This document shows, piece after piece, positions 9,790 to 20,421 of a DNA stretch of 54,361 nucleotides. This stretch comes from Candidatus Latescibacterota bacterium. Lineage in GTDB: Bacteria; Latescibacterota; UBA2968; GCA-2709665. The notes beneath the pieces were generated by a model that was not told the origin of the DNA, did no database searches, and saw nothing but the letters and a program-made list of their open reading frames with translations. Each line of letters begins with the position of its first letter. The first letter of the stretch is position 1. Both the position numbers and the translations under genes were made by a program. The stretch covers positions 1 through 54,361 of the forward strand of contig CAXXJS010000057.1 of NCBI GenBank assembly GCA_963662665.2, read 5' to 3'.

Positions 9790-11217
9790 TTACAGAAGCC
9801 GCCCCTTCCGCACCCGCCCGGCTTCGGGATACCGCGCGGCCAATGCCTCCACCGCATTCACGAATCCCCCGGCCTGCGCCTCCGCCTGCCCCACGAAGCG
9901 TTTGCTCTCACCCAGTATTTCCTCAATCTCCCGGGTCGAAAGCGGGATCCGGCAGTCATCGCCAAGGCGATGTGCCAGGTCGTTTTTCTCCCGACCCTCT
10001 TCGCGCATTTCCAGTGCCACAGCCACCGCGTGCTCCTTCAGCGCATCGTGGACCTGTTCCCGTCCGGCGCCTCGCTGCACGGAAGCCATCAATAACGTGG
10101 TTGTGGCCAGGAACGGCATATACCGGTTCAATTCATTCCGTATGACCGCCTCGTATACGCCCATTTCGTCGAGTACGTGCAGCGTGGTCTCCAGCATACC
10201 GTCAAACGCGAATATGGCGTCGGGCAACGCCACCCGGCGCACGACCGAGCAGGACACGTCGCCCTCGAACCACTGGTCGCCGACGAGTCCGCCGGCCATA
10301 TGAACGTATCCGCCCAATAACACCTGAAACCCGTTGATCCGCTCGGCGCTGCGCGTATTCATCTTATGCGGCATAGCGGACGAACCCACCTGCCCCAACG
10401 CGAATCCCTCGGTTGCAATTTCGGCGCCCGCCATCAATCGAAGCGTACGCGACAAATTGGCGATACCCCCGCCCAACTGGTAGAGACAGCTGATCACTTC
10501 GAAATCCAGACCCCGTGGATAGACCTGTCCCACCGCATTCAACTCGCGGCCGAACCCCAGGTATGCCCGGACCTGTTCCTGGAGCGCTTCCAGCTTTTCA
10601 TGGTCGTCTTCCACCAGCGTCAGCTGGTCCAGCGCCGTCCCCACTGCCCCTTTCAGCCCCCGAAGCGGATAATTTTCAACAAGATGTTCAAATCGCCTGA
10701 AGGCGTGCAACATCTCCTCGCCGAACATGGCGAATCGCTTTCCGACAGTCGTCGGCTGAGCCGCCGCGTGGTGAGTGCGGCCCACGATGGACATCGCCTT
10801 CCATTCGTACACGCGCTGGCTCAGGCGTATCAGCAACGCCACGTACTTCGGCGTCAGGTACTGTAATGAGCGCAGCACCTGGAACTGCTCCACGTTATCC
10901 GTCAGGTCCCGGCTGGTCATACCCTTGTGTATATGTTCGTATCCGGACAGTTCACAGAATTCCTCGATACGTGCTTTAACGTCGTGTCGTGTCCGGGCTT
11001 CCCGGCGTTGTATCGAGGCGAGATCCACGCGATCCACAACTTCCTCGCAGGCACGAATCGCCTCCTCCGGCACATCCAGTCCCAGCTTTCGCTGGGCCCT
11101 CATAACGGCGATCCAGAACCGCCTCTCCAGTACGACTCGTCCCTCTTCGGACCAGATCGCCTTGATTTCCGAACTCGCATACCGGGCTGCCAGAACATTC
11201 GGTATATTTTCCGACAT
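9790..11217 (-). CDS. purB: Adenylosuccinate lyase
   Basis: IPNVLAARYAS, TRHDVKARIEEF, HKGMTSRD, GRTH..AQPTT.GKR and the fumarate-lyase signature GSSAMPHKMN. Confidence 0.95.
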   Translation of the reverse strand: MSENIPNVLAARYASSEIKAIWSEEGRVVLERRFWIAVMRAQRKLGLDVPEEAIRACEEVVDRVDLASIQRREARTRHDVKARIEEFCELSGYEHIHKGMTSRDLTDNVEQFQVLRSLQYLTPKYVALLIRLSQRVYEWKAMSIVGRTHHAAAQPTTVGKRFAMFGEEMLHAFRRFEHLVENYPLRGLKGAVGTALDQLTLVEDDHEKLEALQEQVRAYLGFGRELNAVGQVYPRGLDFEVISCLYQLGGGIANLSRTLRLMAGAEIATEGFALGQVGSSAMPHKMNTRSAERINGFQVLLGGYVHMAGGLVGDQWFEGDVSCSVVRRVALPDAIFAFDGMLETTLHVLDEMGVYEAVIRNELNRYMPFLATTTLLMASVQRGAGREQVHDALKEHAVAVALEMREEGREKNDLAHRLGDDCRIPLSTREIEEILGESKRFVGQAEAQAGGFVNAVEALAARYPEAGRVRKGRLL

Positions 11218-11255
11218 CTTGATACCTGCTCTCATTTCCCCGCGATTACCGGATG

Positions 11256-12308
11256 TCACTCAACTGTTTCCATGAGGTCCGGACGCGACCGTTCCGGACT
11301 CAACATCTCATCCGCATAAGCGAACAAAGCCGGCGTGCCCCCGGTGTGCACAAACACGACCGTCTGTCCCGGCCGCCATTGGCCCTCGCGTATATGCCGG
11401 ACCATCGCCCCGAACGCCTTGCCGGTGTATACCGGGTCCAGAATAAGCGCCTCGGTGCGGGCTGCCAGCACCACCGCTTCCCGGCTCGCATCCGTCATCG
11501 CTCCATATGCCTCGCCTGCAAAGGCCCCGTAGCTCTCGAAGTCATCTCCGACAAACGACAGATCCAGCGACAGCATCTCCGCAACCGTGTTGGCAACACG
11601 GGCGAGAGTCGCAGCATCCTCTTCGTCATCCTGAGGGCTTGGACTGATCCCCACGACGCGCAGCGGGATCCCCAACGCGCGGGCGCCCACGACCAGACCC
11701 ACGTGCGTGTGCACCCCTGAGCAGACGTAGAGGCCGTCGGGATGAATCTCCCGTGCCTGCAGTTGCTCCCATAGTTCCAGAAAACCGTCGACGTAGGATA
11801 TGCTTCGAAGGTAATATCCGTCCGTGCTCGTATTGTAAACTCTGCGACCCTCCGCCTTCAGGCGTTCGATAACGCGCTCTTTCTCTTCCGGACGGTCGAC
11901 GAGGTGGACCTCTGCGCCGAACAGATGATTCAGCAGCAGGTTTCCATTCACGGGATGGGAGTGGGCGTCCTTCCGCCCGACCATGACGGCCTTGAGCCCG
12001 AATCGGGCCGCCATCGCCGCAGTCAGCCGGGACTGATTCGACTGGGACGCCGCACCGTGCAAGAGCACGTCGTAGCCCTCCCGGATCGCCGGCGCAACCG
12101 AATACTCGAACTCCCGCACCTTATTGCCGCCAAAGGCCATGCCGGTCTGATCCTCCCGTTTGACCAGAATGTGGGGTCCCTCCAGGTTTTTAGTGAGCCT
12201 GGGGCAATCCAGGAGGGGTGTGGGCAGGTCTGCCAGAGACAGACGCGAAAAACGCGTCAGGCGATTCTTCAACGCCTTGGGTGTAACCACGGGTTTTACA
12301 AACGCCAT
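11256..12308 (-). CDS. D-cysteine desulfhydrase / ACC deaminase family PLP enzyme
   Basis: LPTPL, KRED.TG.AFGGNKVR, QSN, GNLLL, LDPVYTGKA and FVHTGGTPALFAY. Confidence 0.9.
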   Translation of the reverse strand: MAFVKPVVTPKALKNRLTRFSRLSLADLPTPLLDCPRLTKNLEGPHILVKREDQTGMAFGGNKVREFEYSVAPAIREGYDVLLHGAASQSNQSRLTAAMAARFGLKAVMVGRKDAHSHPVNGNLLLNHLFGAEVHLVDRPEEKERVIERLKAEGRRVYNTSTDGYYLRSISYVDGFLELWEQLQAREIHPDGLYVCSGVHTHVGLVVGARALGIPLRVVGISPSPQDDEEDAATLARVANTVAEMLSLDLSFVGDDFESYGAFAGEAYGAMTDASREAVVLAARTEALILDPVYTGKAFGAMVRHIREGQWRPGQTVVFVHTGGTPALFAYADEMLSPERSRPDLMETVE

Positions 12309-12492
12309 TCAGACACCTTTTCTTTGCGGGATCAAAGCCTTGATTCACGCATCACTACGATTCCGCAGGAAATATAGTTTTCCGGAACATCAGATGCAAT
12401 GACTATCCCGGAGCGGCCATCCAAAACCCCGCCAACGAAACGTCAGCGGGGTTGAAAACTCTCACCGGGGCAGCAGATTCTGTCAACGTCCG

Positions 12493-12843
12493 TCAAAGAA
12501 TCTCCAGCACGTTCTCCGGCGGGCGGCCCAGCCTCGCCCGGTCGCCGTTGACGACGATCGGCCGCTCAATCAGGATGGGATGTGTTGTCATGGCCCGAAT
12601 GAGCGACTTGGGATCGTCCATCTTTTCATGGAGGCCAAGTTCCCCGAACTCATCTTCCTTCGTACGTACCAGATCCGCCGGCTGGATACCCAACATCTGC
12701 AGAATGCCGGAGAGCGTCTGCTCGTCCGGGGGCGTTTTCAGGTATTCGATGATTCTTGGCTCGATACCGCGATCTCTCAGGAGATTCAATGTTTGCCTGC
12801 TCTTGCTACACCTTGGATTGTGGTAAATCACGACTTCGCTCAA
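12493..12843 (-). CDS. arsC: Arsenate reductase (glutaredoxin-type ArsC family)
   Basis: IYHNPRCSKSR, EYLKTPP, HPILIERPIVV and LGRPPENV. TTG start behind AGGAGG. Confidence 0.9.
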   Translation of the reverse strand: MSEVVIYHNPRCSKSRQTLNLLRDRGIEPRIIEYLKTPPDEQTLSGILQMLGIQPADLVRTKEDEFGELGLHEKMDDPKSLIRAMTTHPILIERPIVVNGDRARLGRPPENVLEIL

Positions 12844-12870
12844 AACAGCCTCCTTCGTTTCGTTGCCCTT

Positions 12871-14574
12871 TCAGGGTATCACCGGAAGTATCAATCGGGA
12901 TGGTCTGTGCGCATCGTGGAAAATCATCTGATGCGCGGTCCGCAGGGCCGTTTCGCGGTAATCGTCGCCTCCCGTGTTGTGGTTACGATCGAAATTCGGA
13001 AAGTCGCTGCTTGATATATCCAGCCGGATCCGGTGGCCCTCCCGGAAGAGATTGCTGGTCGGGTTTACCCGAATCGTGTATTCGTAGACCTTCTCCGGTT
13101 CAATGAGTGTGGGATCTTCAAAGGATTCACGATACCGCGCGCGGACAATTCCGTGACACAATTCCTGGACGAATCCGTCCGGCCAGACATCCATCAACCT
13201 GGCGACAAAGTCCGTATCCCGTGCCGTTGAAGACGCGAAAAGGCGCACTTCGACCGGTCCTGTCACCTCCACCGGCGTGGTCAGCGGCGGCGTCAGATAC
13301 ACCATCACGTCGCGCCTGCCGTCCAGGGCCCGCTGGTCCATGGGCGCGTGCTGCCCGCCGGGGGTGTAAAGGGTCATCACCGGATCTCTCGGATCGTAAC
13401 AGTAGGAATCCGGCTGCTCCCCGGTCGGCGCCTCCCGGGACAGGCATCCCGCGCCCGATGGCATGTCCGCGTGGCCCGAACTGTGCAGGTAGAACGATGT
13501 ATATACCGTACGCTTCAGCGGCCATTCCTGCTCGCCGCGCCAGGTATTGGCGCCCATCACGAAGAGTTGCAGCGGGGGCCGGTCCACCGCCTCGCCCGGT
13601 TCTCCCTTCAGCCAGCGGGAAAACCAGGCATCCGCGATTTCGTAGAAATCCCGCGTGGCTTCCGGGCCGAAGTCCACGTCACCCACGTGCCGATGAAGGT
13701 CCAGGAGTGTGTGGGTCCAGGGCCCGATGATCAAATGCTGATTCTCCCGGGCGCGCACGCTCCCGCCGTTTTCCCGCATGCCGGTGAAATGCTTGAAGAT
13801 GCCGATCTGCTGATCGTACCACCCCGCCGTACCCAGCACGGGTACCCTCACCCGGCGGTGTTTCTTCTGGAATCCGAAATGGTCCGTGGCATGGTCCGCG
13901 AGCCATGCACGCCAGTGCCTGCCCATTCCCGGCATGGCATCCTCCGGGATATCCATCAGCGGGAGATACCAGAGCCACTTGCTGCGGTCCCTTTCCTGCC
14001 AGAGTCTGGACGCATCCTCCTTGGCTTTCTCTTTCCACGGATGGCCGGTCCGGCGCCCGGTATCCACCGAAAGATTGTTTATCGTCCAATCGATTACCCT
14101 GCCAAGGCGCAACACACCGCTCAATTCCCTGTCCAGCAGGTTCGCCGCGATACCCCCCGCCAGCATCGCCACCAGATTGGGTGGTTGGGTGTGGGCAAGT
14201 TCCCATTGTACCCATCCGTCGTACGAATTACCGAACGTGCCCACCTTTCCGTTAGACCAGGGCAGGCCCGCGGCCCACCCCACCGTATCGTATCCGTCTG
14301 CGGAATCCCTGTGATCGGAACTGTAGAACCCGGGCTGAAACTCGCCGTCCGACGCGTAACGCCCCCGTACATCCTGTATAACCACGACGTAGCCGCGTTC
14401 GGCCAGCTTGGGACCAATCTCCAGCTGCTTCTCTCCCTCCTTGTCGTAGGGCGTCCGGCAGAGCAACACCGGAAACCGGCCCTGCGCGTCGGGCCGATAC
14501 GCATCGGCGCGCAGCACCGTGCCATCCCGCATCATTGCCTGGAGGTCTATGACCCTCTCGGTGGGGTAGAACAT
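12871..14574 (-). CDS. CocE/NonD family hydrolase (X-Pro dipeptidyl-peptidase S15)
   Basis: MRDGTVLRAD, RTPY, QDVRGR..SDG, nucleophile GNSYDG, GWYD, GPWTH and C-terminal SSSDFP.FDRN.NTG. Probable start ATG 14574. Confidence 0.92.
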   Translation of the reverse strand: MFYPTERVIDLQAMMRDGTVLRADAYRPDAQGRFPVLLCRTPYDKEGEKQLEIGPKLAERGYVVVIQDVRGRYASDGEFQPGFYSSDHRDSADGYDTVGWAAGLPWSNGKVGTFGNSYDGWVQWELAHTQPPNLVAMLAGGIAANLLDRELSGVLRLGRVIDWTINNLSVDTGRRTGHPWKEKAKEDASRLWQERDRSKWLWYLPLMDIPEDAMPGMGRHWRAWLADHATDHFGFQKKHRRVRVPVLGTAGWYDQQIGIFKHFTGMRENGGSVRARENQHLIIGPWTHTLLDLHRHVGDVDFGPEATRDFYEIADAWFSRWLKGEPGEAVDRPPLQLFVMGANTWRGEQEWPLKRTVYTSFYLHSSGHADMPSGAGCLSREAPTGEQPDSYCYDPRDPVMTLYTPGGQHAPMDQRALDGRRDVMVYLTPPLTTPVEVTGPVEVRLFASSTARDTDFVARLMDVWPDGFVQELCHGIVRARYRESFEDPTLIEPEKVYEYTIRVNPTSNLFREGHRIRLDISSSDFPNFDRNHNTGGDDYRETALRTAHQMIFHDAHRPSRLILPVIP

Positions 14575-14638
14575 TAGCGTATTCCCGTTTCTGCGATCCT
14601 CGAGGTGGCGAGCCAGCGACGCCTCGCCCCGGGCGAAA

Positions 14639-16441
14639 TCAGGCCAACGCCCATACGAGTACGGTGGTGTCGGCGGACCCGGACAACATCCACCTGCCGT
14701 CCGGACTTGCCGCCAGCGCCTGGGCGGCACCCTCGTGCCCGGTGAACTCGGCCGCGGGGTTGGTGGAATCCGTTTTCCATACAATCAACCTGCCGTCCTG
14801 CCCCGCGGAACAGAGCGACCCCCCGTCCGGCAGGTACATCACGTCTTCCACGCCCGTCCCGTGGGCGTACGTGCGCAACTCCCTTCCCTTCCGCAGATCC
14901 CATTCAACCACCCATCCGTCTCGTCCTCCGGAGAGCACACGTCCGTCCTGCCCGCAGGCCACGGCCTGGACCCGACCCCGGTGTGCGGCCGCCGTCGCCT
15001 TCAACTCACCCGTTGCCAGATGCCAGACCCGTACGGTGCCGTCCCGTCCGCCGCTCACAACACTTCCGTCGTCCGGTGAGACAGCAATCGCCAGGACGCC
15101 GCCCAGATGTCCGTCAAGCGTCAGGACAGATCTTCCCGAACGGGTATCCCACACCCGGACCGATCCATCGTCGGCGGCACTCACAACTTCACCGGCGCTC
15201 GCGAAGGCAACGGCCCGAACGTACCCGCGGTGCCCTTCCAACGCATGACCGCACTTTCCGGTACCGCACTCGAAAACCCGGACGCTGCCATCCTTGCATC
15301 CCGCGGCAACCCGGGCGCCGTCGGGAGAAACCGCCAGAGCGTGGACTTCGCCACCCGGACACACCACCGTTCGGATTGTCGTCCACTCCTCCGTTTCCCA
15401 CCAGCGGATGGTCTTGTCGGTTGACCCTGAAATTGCCACGGTTCCACCGGGTGTGAGAGCGACGGCCTGCACACCGGCCACGTGCCGTTCCCACTTCAGG
15501 CGCGGTCGCCCGTTTGCCAGGCTGGTCTCCGCCAGCAGCGCATCGCTTCCGTGGGAAAGCACCCAGTCTCCATCGGGCGAAACACGGATCCGGTTTACAA
15601 GGCTCTGATGGGGGTACCACCGCCGTACGACTGTGGCCGAGTGACGGTCCCATAGCCGGATCGACCCGTCCCGCGATCCCGTCAATACGTGCCGGTCGTC
15701 CCGGGCATAGGCCACGGAAGGCACCGCGTGCCCCAGGTGTCCCGTAAAGGTTTCGAGGCACTCGTAATCCTGGAGGCGCCATTCGTTCGATTTGTGGCGC
15801 GTGCCCACCAGCAGCCGTTCGTTATCCGAGGACAGGCAGAAATCGTAGCAGACGTAATCCTCTACGAAAACCTTCAGCCGCGCGCCTGTCGTCAGATCGT
15901 AGTGGTAGACGTTGTGGCCGGGCTGGTGGGCGACCAGCGCCGTTCTACCGTCCGGACCATACAGGCAGAGATTAAAGTGTTCGCCCGCCTCCGTAATCGC
16001 GATTCGCCGTCTGCCCGTCTCCCTGTCCCACTCCTCGATCGTGGACGTCCCCCCGTCCAGGGTCAGCACCCTGGTCTCGTCGGGCGAATAACACAAAGAG
16101 ACAAGCGTTGTCCGACCCGTATCTATGCGGCCTACCTCACCCGTTCTTTCGGTCAGTTCCCATTCTCCAAGCACACCTTCTTCATCGGCGAACAGCCCTT
16201 TCGACACGTTACGGTTCCATGCCGCGGCCGTCAGCAGATGCTCCGACACACGGTGTCTTGCAATGCAGTTGCCTTGCATCAGGTCCCAGATGCAGAGGTT
16301 TTTTCCCGAGAGTACGAACGCCTGATCCCCACCCGCGGCGTAGGCAACGTCGGTCACCGACCCGCGCATCCGACGGGTTCCCAGACGCTGTACCGCGCCA
16401 TCGGGCAATGGATCGCCGAGATGGTCCTTTCGACCGTTCAT
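14639..16441 (-). CDS. WD40-repeat beta-propeller protein
   Basis: Many GH...V..VA.SPDG...SG..DG.VRVW repeats. The N-terminal GDPLPDGAVQRLGT motif is typical of bacterial WD40 proteins. ATG at 16441 overlaps the upstream stop. Confidence 0.9.
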   Translation of the reverse strand: MNGRKDHLGDPLPDGAVQRLGTRRMRGSVTDVAYAAGGDQAFVLSGKNLCIWDLMQGNCIARHRVSEHLLTAAAWNRNVSKGLFADEEGVLGEWELTERTGEVGRIDTGRTTLVSLCYSPDETRVLTLDGGTSTIEEWDRETGRRRIAITEAGEHFNLCLYGPDGRTALVAHQPGHNVYHYDLTTGARLKVFVEDYVCYDFCLSSDNERLLVGTRHKSNEWRLQDYECLETFTGHLGHAVPSVAYARDDRHVLTGSRDGSIRLWDRHSATVVRRWYPHQSLVNRIRVSPDGDWVLSHGSDALLAETSLANGRPRLKWERHVAGVQAVALTPGGTVAISGSTDKTIRWWETEEWTTIRTVVCPGGEVHALAVSPDGARVAAGCKDGSVRVFECGTGKCGHALEGHRGYVRAVAFASAGEVVSAADDGSVRVWDTRSGRSVLTLDGHLGGVLAIAVSPDDGSVVSGGRDGTVRVWHLATGELKATAAAHRGRVQAVACGQDGRVLSGGRDGWVVEWDLRKGRELRTYAHGTGVEDVMYLPDGGSLCSAGQDGRLIVWKTDSTNPAAEFTGHEGAAQALAASPDGRWMLSGSADTTVLVWALA

Positions 16442-17472
16442 GCCTCTACCCTCTGATTGGCGACCAGCCGACCCTCGGGTCCCAGCAGGTTTCGGTACAC
16501 CCCTGTATTTCCCCCGGCGCGCACCACGTTTTCGGTCAGCCCGCTGAGACACCGGTTGTGGTGGACGCGAGCATCCTGACTGGGAACGCCCCGGATCACC
16601 ACGCTGCGCACGTCCTTTGCGACAAAGGTATTGTGGTGAATATCCATCCAGTCGCCCGAGATAACGGTTGCGTCTCCCCGGTCCTGCCCCCCGTGCATGT
16701 CGAAGAGGTGGCCGTTGGCGTGCTCCAGGCAGATATTGTAACGTGCTTCGTAGGCGGATCCGGGTGATCCGCTGGATGCAATGTGATGCCGGCACCAGTC
16801 AAACAGATTCGCCTCAATCAGCGCGTCGGCGCCGTTGATGCTAACGCCGTAACCCAGGCCGCCCTTCTGATTGTGGTGGATGAAATTGTGATGCACGTAG
16901 CCCCTGCTCGCACCGTCGTCGAACCGGGTCGCCGCCACGCTGAAACCCCGGATTTCGCAATTGTCAATCTCCACCGCGAAGTGCGACGTGATGATGCCGA
17001 ACGATGAATGCGCCGCTCGGTCCCGGTGCGGGTAGGGACCTCTAAAACGCAGACCCGTGACGCGGACACGGTCCCCTGCCGTTTTGACAAGAAACGGCGT
17101 ATCCAGCGCATTCGAAAAAATCAGGCCTCCCGCCGAACCGCGTGCGCCCCGGTTTCCGGCCAGCGTCACCGCTTCGGGGATCTCCAGACCCTGCCTGCCG
17201 CCCATATCGATCTCGGCGTCACCGGGTACGAATACCACGTCACCCGCCGCCGCACCTTTCAGCGCCAGCGCCAATTCCCGGTAACTGCGGACGGAATGGT
17301 TTCCGCTCGTAAACCCGTCCGCGTAGCCTTCGCCGCCACCGATGGGATTCCCCGTGGGATTGTGCTCGGCGCCGAACGTCTCCTCACCGGACTCCAGATT
17401 CAGCTCGCCGGCCCAACGCGCCGTGCGCGCCGTAAGGATACCGCCGCCTGCCGCCCTTGAGATCGAAACCAT
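16438..17472 (-). CDS. Right-handed parallel beta-helix repeat protein
   Basis: NPIGGGEGY, VTLAGNRG, RVTGLRFRGP, HHNFIHHN..GLGYGV, IEANLFD..RHHIA and DMHG. ATG at 17472 behind GGAGGT. Confidence 0.7.
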   Translation of the reverse strand: MVSISRAAGGGILTARTARWAGELNLESGEETFGAEHNPTGNPIGGGEGYADGFTSGNHSVRSYRELALALKGAAAGDVVFVPGDAEIDMGGRQGLEIPEAVTLAGNRGARGSAGGLIFSNALDTPFLVKTAGDRVRVTGLRFRGPYPHRDRAAHSSFGIITSHFAVEIDNCEIRGFSVAATRFDDGASRGYVHHNFIHHNQKGGLGYGVSINGADALIEANLFDWCRHHIASSGSPGSAYEARYNICLEHANGHLFDMHGGQDRGDATVISGDWMDIHHNTFVAKDVRSVVIRGVPSQDARVHHNRCLSGLTENVVRAGGNTGVYRNLLGPEGRLVANQRVEA

Positions 17473-17507
17473 GGGAACACCTCCAGATTGCAAATCCGAG
17501 CTACGAC

Positions 17508-18689
17508 CTAATCTTCAATGCCACAATAGTTCATCGCCATAAGCGCGTATACTTTCGCGGCTGCCTCGATACGCGCGACCGACACCCACTCGTTGTCGGA
17601 ATGGGCCGTCTCATTCGAAGGTCCGTAGTAGAAGGTAGGTACCCCGGTCCCGTTCATATAGATGTTGGCGTCGCCGACCAGCCGTCGTCCCACGTACTTG
17701 ACGTTGCCGCCAACGACCTCCCGGTGGGCAGCGGCCGCCGCCCGAACGGCGGGATCGTCCCGGCGTGTCTCGAACGGTTCCCGCTGAAGCGCCATGTCAA
17801 CGGTAAGCTTCATTTCGCCTGCCCTGGCAAATGGCTCGGCCAGCGATTCCAGTTCAATCAGCACTGAAGACATTGTCTTGCCGGGCAGCCACCGCCGAGT
17901 TCCGGTAAGCACACAAGTTCCCGGCGTCCGGTTGAAGTAGTCGCCGGCGTTTACGATTCCAAGATCAATCCGCTCCGGTCCGGCCAGCGGATGCACGGCT
18001 CCGGCATCCAGCTCCCGCTGCCGTTCCGTTATTCTTCGGATCAGGTCTCCCACGTGGCGGATGGGGTTCTCGGGAAACGGCACGTAATTGGTATGGGTGC
18101 CGCCCTTTTCGGAAGTTAACGTGATTGCAAAAACCATCGACCCCATACTCATCACCCAGAGTTCGTCTCCGCCCTCAACAATGAGAATGCGGTCGCATTT
18201 GATCCGCCCCCTATTCACATCCGCCACGAGCGCCTGGGGGCCGTCTTTCTCCGCTTCCGGTTCCTCGTGGCCGACCACGCTGCTGACCAGCAGGTTGCCT
18301 TTGAGACGTACCCCTGCCTCCCGCAACGCCTTTGCCGTACCCAGCATGGCGGCCACGCCACCTTTCATATCCGTTGATCCCCTCCCATAGATGCGGTCGC
18401 CCTCCCGCCGCACCCGCGTGCAATCGCCGATGGGAATCGTATCCAGATGTCCATTCAACAGGAGCGCCGGACCATTGTCTGTGCCCCGGATGCCTGCATA
18501 GAGATTTCGCCGGCCGGGCGTCACCTGACGTACGTCCACGTCGAGCCCCAATTCAGACAACTGCGCCTCAAAGCAGTCACAGACCTCCGCTTCCTCGCCC
18601 GTAACACTGGGAATCTCCACCAGCTTGAGCGCCTGCTCGGCCATCCACTCCCCGTCAATCGCCTTCAGCACCGCTTCTCTGGCGCCCAT
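17508..18689 (-). CDS. M20/ArgE-DapE family metallo-amidohydrolase
   Basis: LVEIPSVTGEE, LNGHLDT, YGRGSTDMKGG, HEE and GP....AHSDNEWV. Confidence 0.9.
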   Translation of the reverse strand: MGAREAVLKAIDGEWMAEQALKLVEIPSVTGEEAEVCDCFEAQLSELGLDVDVRQVTPGRRNLYAGIRGTDNGPALLLNGHLDTIPIGDCTRVRREGDRIYGRGSTDMKGGVAAMLGTAKALREAGVRLKGNLLVSSVVGHEEPEAEKDGPQALVADVNRGRIKCDRILIVEGGDELWVMSMGSMVFAITLTSEKGGTHTNYVPFPENPIRHVGDLIRRITERQRELDAGAVHPLAGPERIDLGIVNAGDYFNRTPGTCVLTGTRRWLPGKTMSSVLIELESLAEPFARAGEMKLTVDMALQREPFETRRDDPAVRAAAAAHREVVGGNVKYVGRRLVGDANIYMNGTGVPTFYYGPSNETAHSDNEWVSVARIEAAAKVYALMAMNYCGIED

Positions 18690-18690
18690 A

Positions 18691-19422
18691 TCAGACCTCA
18701 CCGCAGGCACGGACAAATGCGTCCGACGTGGATGTATAGCCGACGTTCGCTTCAATGAACCGGATCCCGAAGAAACCCGCCAACCCGTCCGCCTCGGTTT
18801 CCGGGTATTCAACGGTACTGCAGCAATCCCGAAGCACGATGACGCGATAATTGCGGTACATGGCCTCAGTAACCGTCGTCCCCAGACAGATCCGCGTGTC
18901 GAATCCGACCGTCACCAGGTTATAGATCCCCAGACTTCGCAGCAGCGAGTCCAGGTGGGTCTCGAAGAACCCGCTGTACATCTGTTTCTTCACCAGGTAA
19001 TCTCCGGCTTCCGGGGCGATCACGTCTGAAAACGCCAGGATGTCATTCGGTTCAGGCCAAGCGCCCAGCACGTCCACACCGCAGGTCCGGATGGACATAT
19101 TGCGCCACTCCGTCCGTTCGTTGGTCGAGGGCGCCAGGTAGTTCGTCACGTACACGACCGGAAGCCCGAGGCCCTTCGCCGCGTCTTTGGCCGGACGGAT
19201 GTGATCCACCACAATCTCCCGGTTCTTTTCGACGGCAGCACGATACAACTCCGGAACGGCCCCCGGATCGTTGTCGGGGTCATAGCCCTTTCCGTAGACG
19301 TCCACAAGGAAAAACGCCGTATTGTCCAGACGCAGCTCGAGCTCCTCCTCCGCGTGGCCGAGATGCCGGCCGGGCGGGTGTTGCCGGTAATATCTGCCTC
19401 TCAGGAGAATCTTCTGTGACAT
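18691..19422 (-). CDS. Isochorismatase-family cysteine hydrolase
   Basis: TAFFLVDV (Asp), VKKQMYSGFFET.LD..LR (Lys), GFDTRICL (Cys) and LRDC. Confidence 0.88.
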   Translation of the reverse strand: MSQKILLRGRYYRQHPPGRHLGHAEEELELRLDNTAFFLVDVYGKGYDPDNDPGAVPELYRAAVEKNREIVVDHIRPAKDAAKGLGLPVVYVTNYLAPSTNERTEWRNMSIRTCGVDVLGAWPEPNDILAFSDVIAPEAGDYLVKKQMYSGFFETHLDSLLRSLGIYNLVTVGFDTRICLGTTVTEAMYRNYRVIVLRDCCSTVEYPETEADGLAGFFGIRFIEANVGYTSTSDAFVRACGEV

Positions 19423-19437
19423 CAACGCCTCCAGCGG

Positions 19438-20421
19438 TCAGCGTGTCTCCACCATTACCGGCGTCCCGCGCTCCAGGGAGCTGTAAGCGGCCTCGGAGAG
19501 CCGGGCGACCTGCAGGGCGAAATCGGGGGCTTCGTACCCCGTTCCGCCGCTCCTGATCCAATCGAAGAACGCCGCATCCGGAGATGTCTCTACAATCCGA
19601 TCGGGAATTTTCATTGGCCTGTCGTTCACGAGTACCGCCTTTACCTGCCACTTGTAGAGATGAAACACGATACATCCTTCGGCGCCGTGAATGGCGATGC
19701 GCTCATCGTGCTCCCTGGCATTGCCGAACGTGCTGATCGTACCCACTGCTCCGCCCTCGAACCGGACGGTCAGCACGGCATTGATATCCACGTCCATGCC
19801 GCCGTAATCCATCAATGCCGAGACTTCCACCGGCGCCAGCCCGGTAATCCACAACGTGGATGCGACGAGGTGGCTGCCGGTATCCATGAACATACCGCCT
19901 CCGGAAAGCTCCGGGTCCAGTCGCCAGCCCCGCACTCCCCCCCAATTCTGCGTCACGTAGGACACCACCCCGCGCAGTTCGCCAATATGCCCTTCCCGAA
20001 CCAACTCGCGGGCGTAGACGTGCGGCGCCATATAATTACGCTGGTAGCTTACCTGCAACAAACGCTTCTTCTGCGCCGCAAGGTCGATTAAGGCCCGCGT
20101 ATGCCCTGATGACACCGTCAACGGCTTCTCTACGAGCACGTCCAATCCCGCTTCGAGCCCGAGTCGCGCCTGCTCGAAGTGCATCGAATGCGGGGAGCTT
20201 ATAAAGATCGCATCCAGCGCCTCCTCCCGGATCATTCGGCGATAATCCTCGTAATAGGCGACCTCTCCTCCGTGTCGATCCATCAACAACCGGGCTTGCG
20301 CCGCCACCGGATCCGCCACGGAAACCAGCTTTACGTCCTCCTCTGCCTGAATGCGCGGCACGTGGGCGCCGCGCATGTTGCCACCGCAACCGATCAGACC
20401 CAGACGAATCTCTTCAGCCAT
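19438..20421 (-). CDS. Gfo/Idh/MocA family oxidoreductase
   Basis: RLGLIGCGG, ISSPHSMH, VLVEKPL and SGGG.FMDTGSH. Confidence 0.92.
   Translation of the reverse strand: MAEEIRLGLIGCGGNMRGAHVPRIQAEEDVKLVSVADPVAAQARLLMDRHGGEVAYYEDYRRMIREEALDAIFISSPHSMHFEQARLGLEAGLDVLVEKPLTVSSGHTRALIDLAAQKKRLLQVSYQRNYMAPHVYARELVREGHIGELRGVVSYVTQNWGGVRGWRLDPELSGGGMFMDTGSHLVASTLWITGLAPVEVSALMDYGGMDVDINAVLTVRFEGGAVGTISTFGNAREHDERIAIHGAEGCIVFHLYKWQVKAVLVNDRPMKIPDRIVETSPDAAFFDWIRSGGTGYEAPDFALQVARLSEAAYSSLERGTPVMVETR

Noticed and set aside
12493-12843. Arsenic resistance operon
   Set aside because: arsC stands alone, without arsR, arsB or acr3.
14639-16441. WD40/TPR proteins as an NLR-like (Avs) anti-phage system
   Set aside because: No STAND NTPase, nuclease, TIR or caspase domain was seen, and the TPR proteins are exported or membrane-bound.
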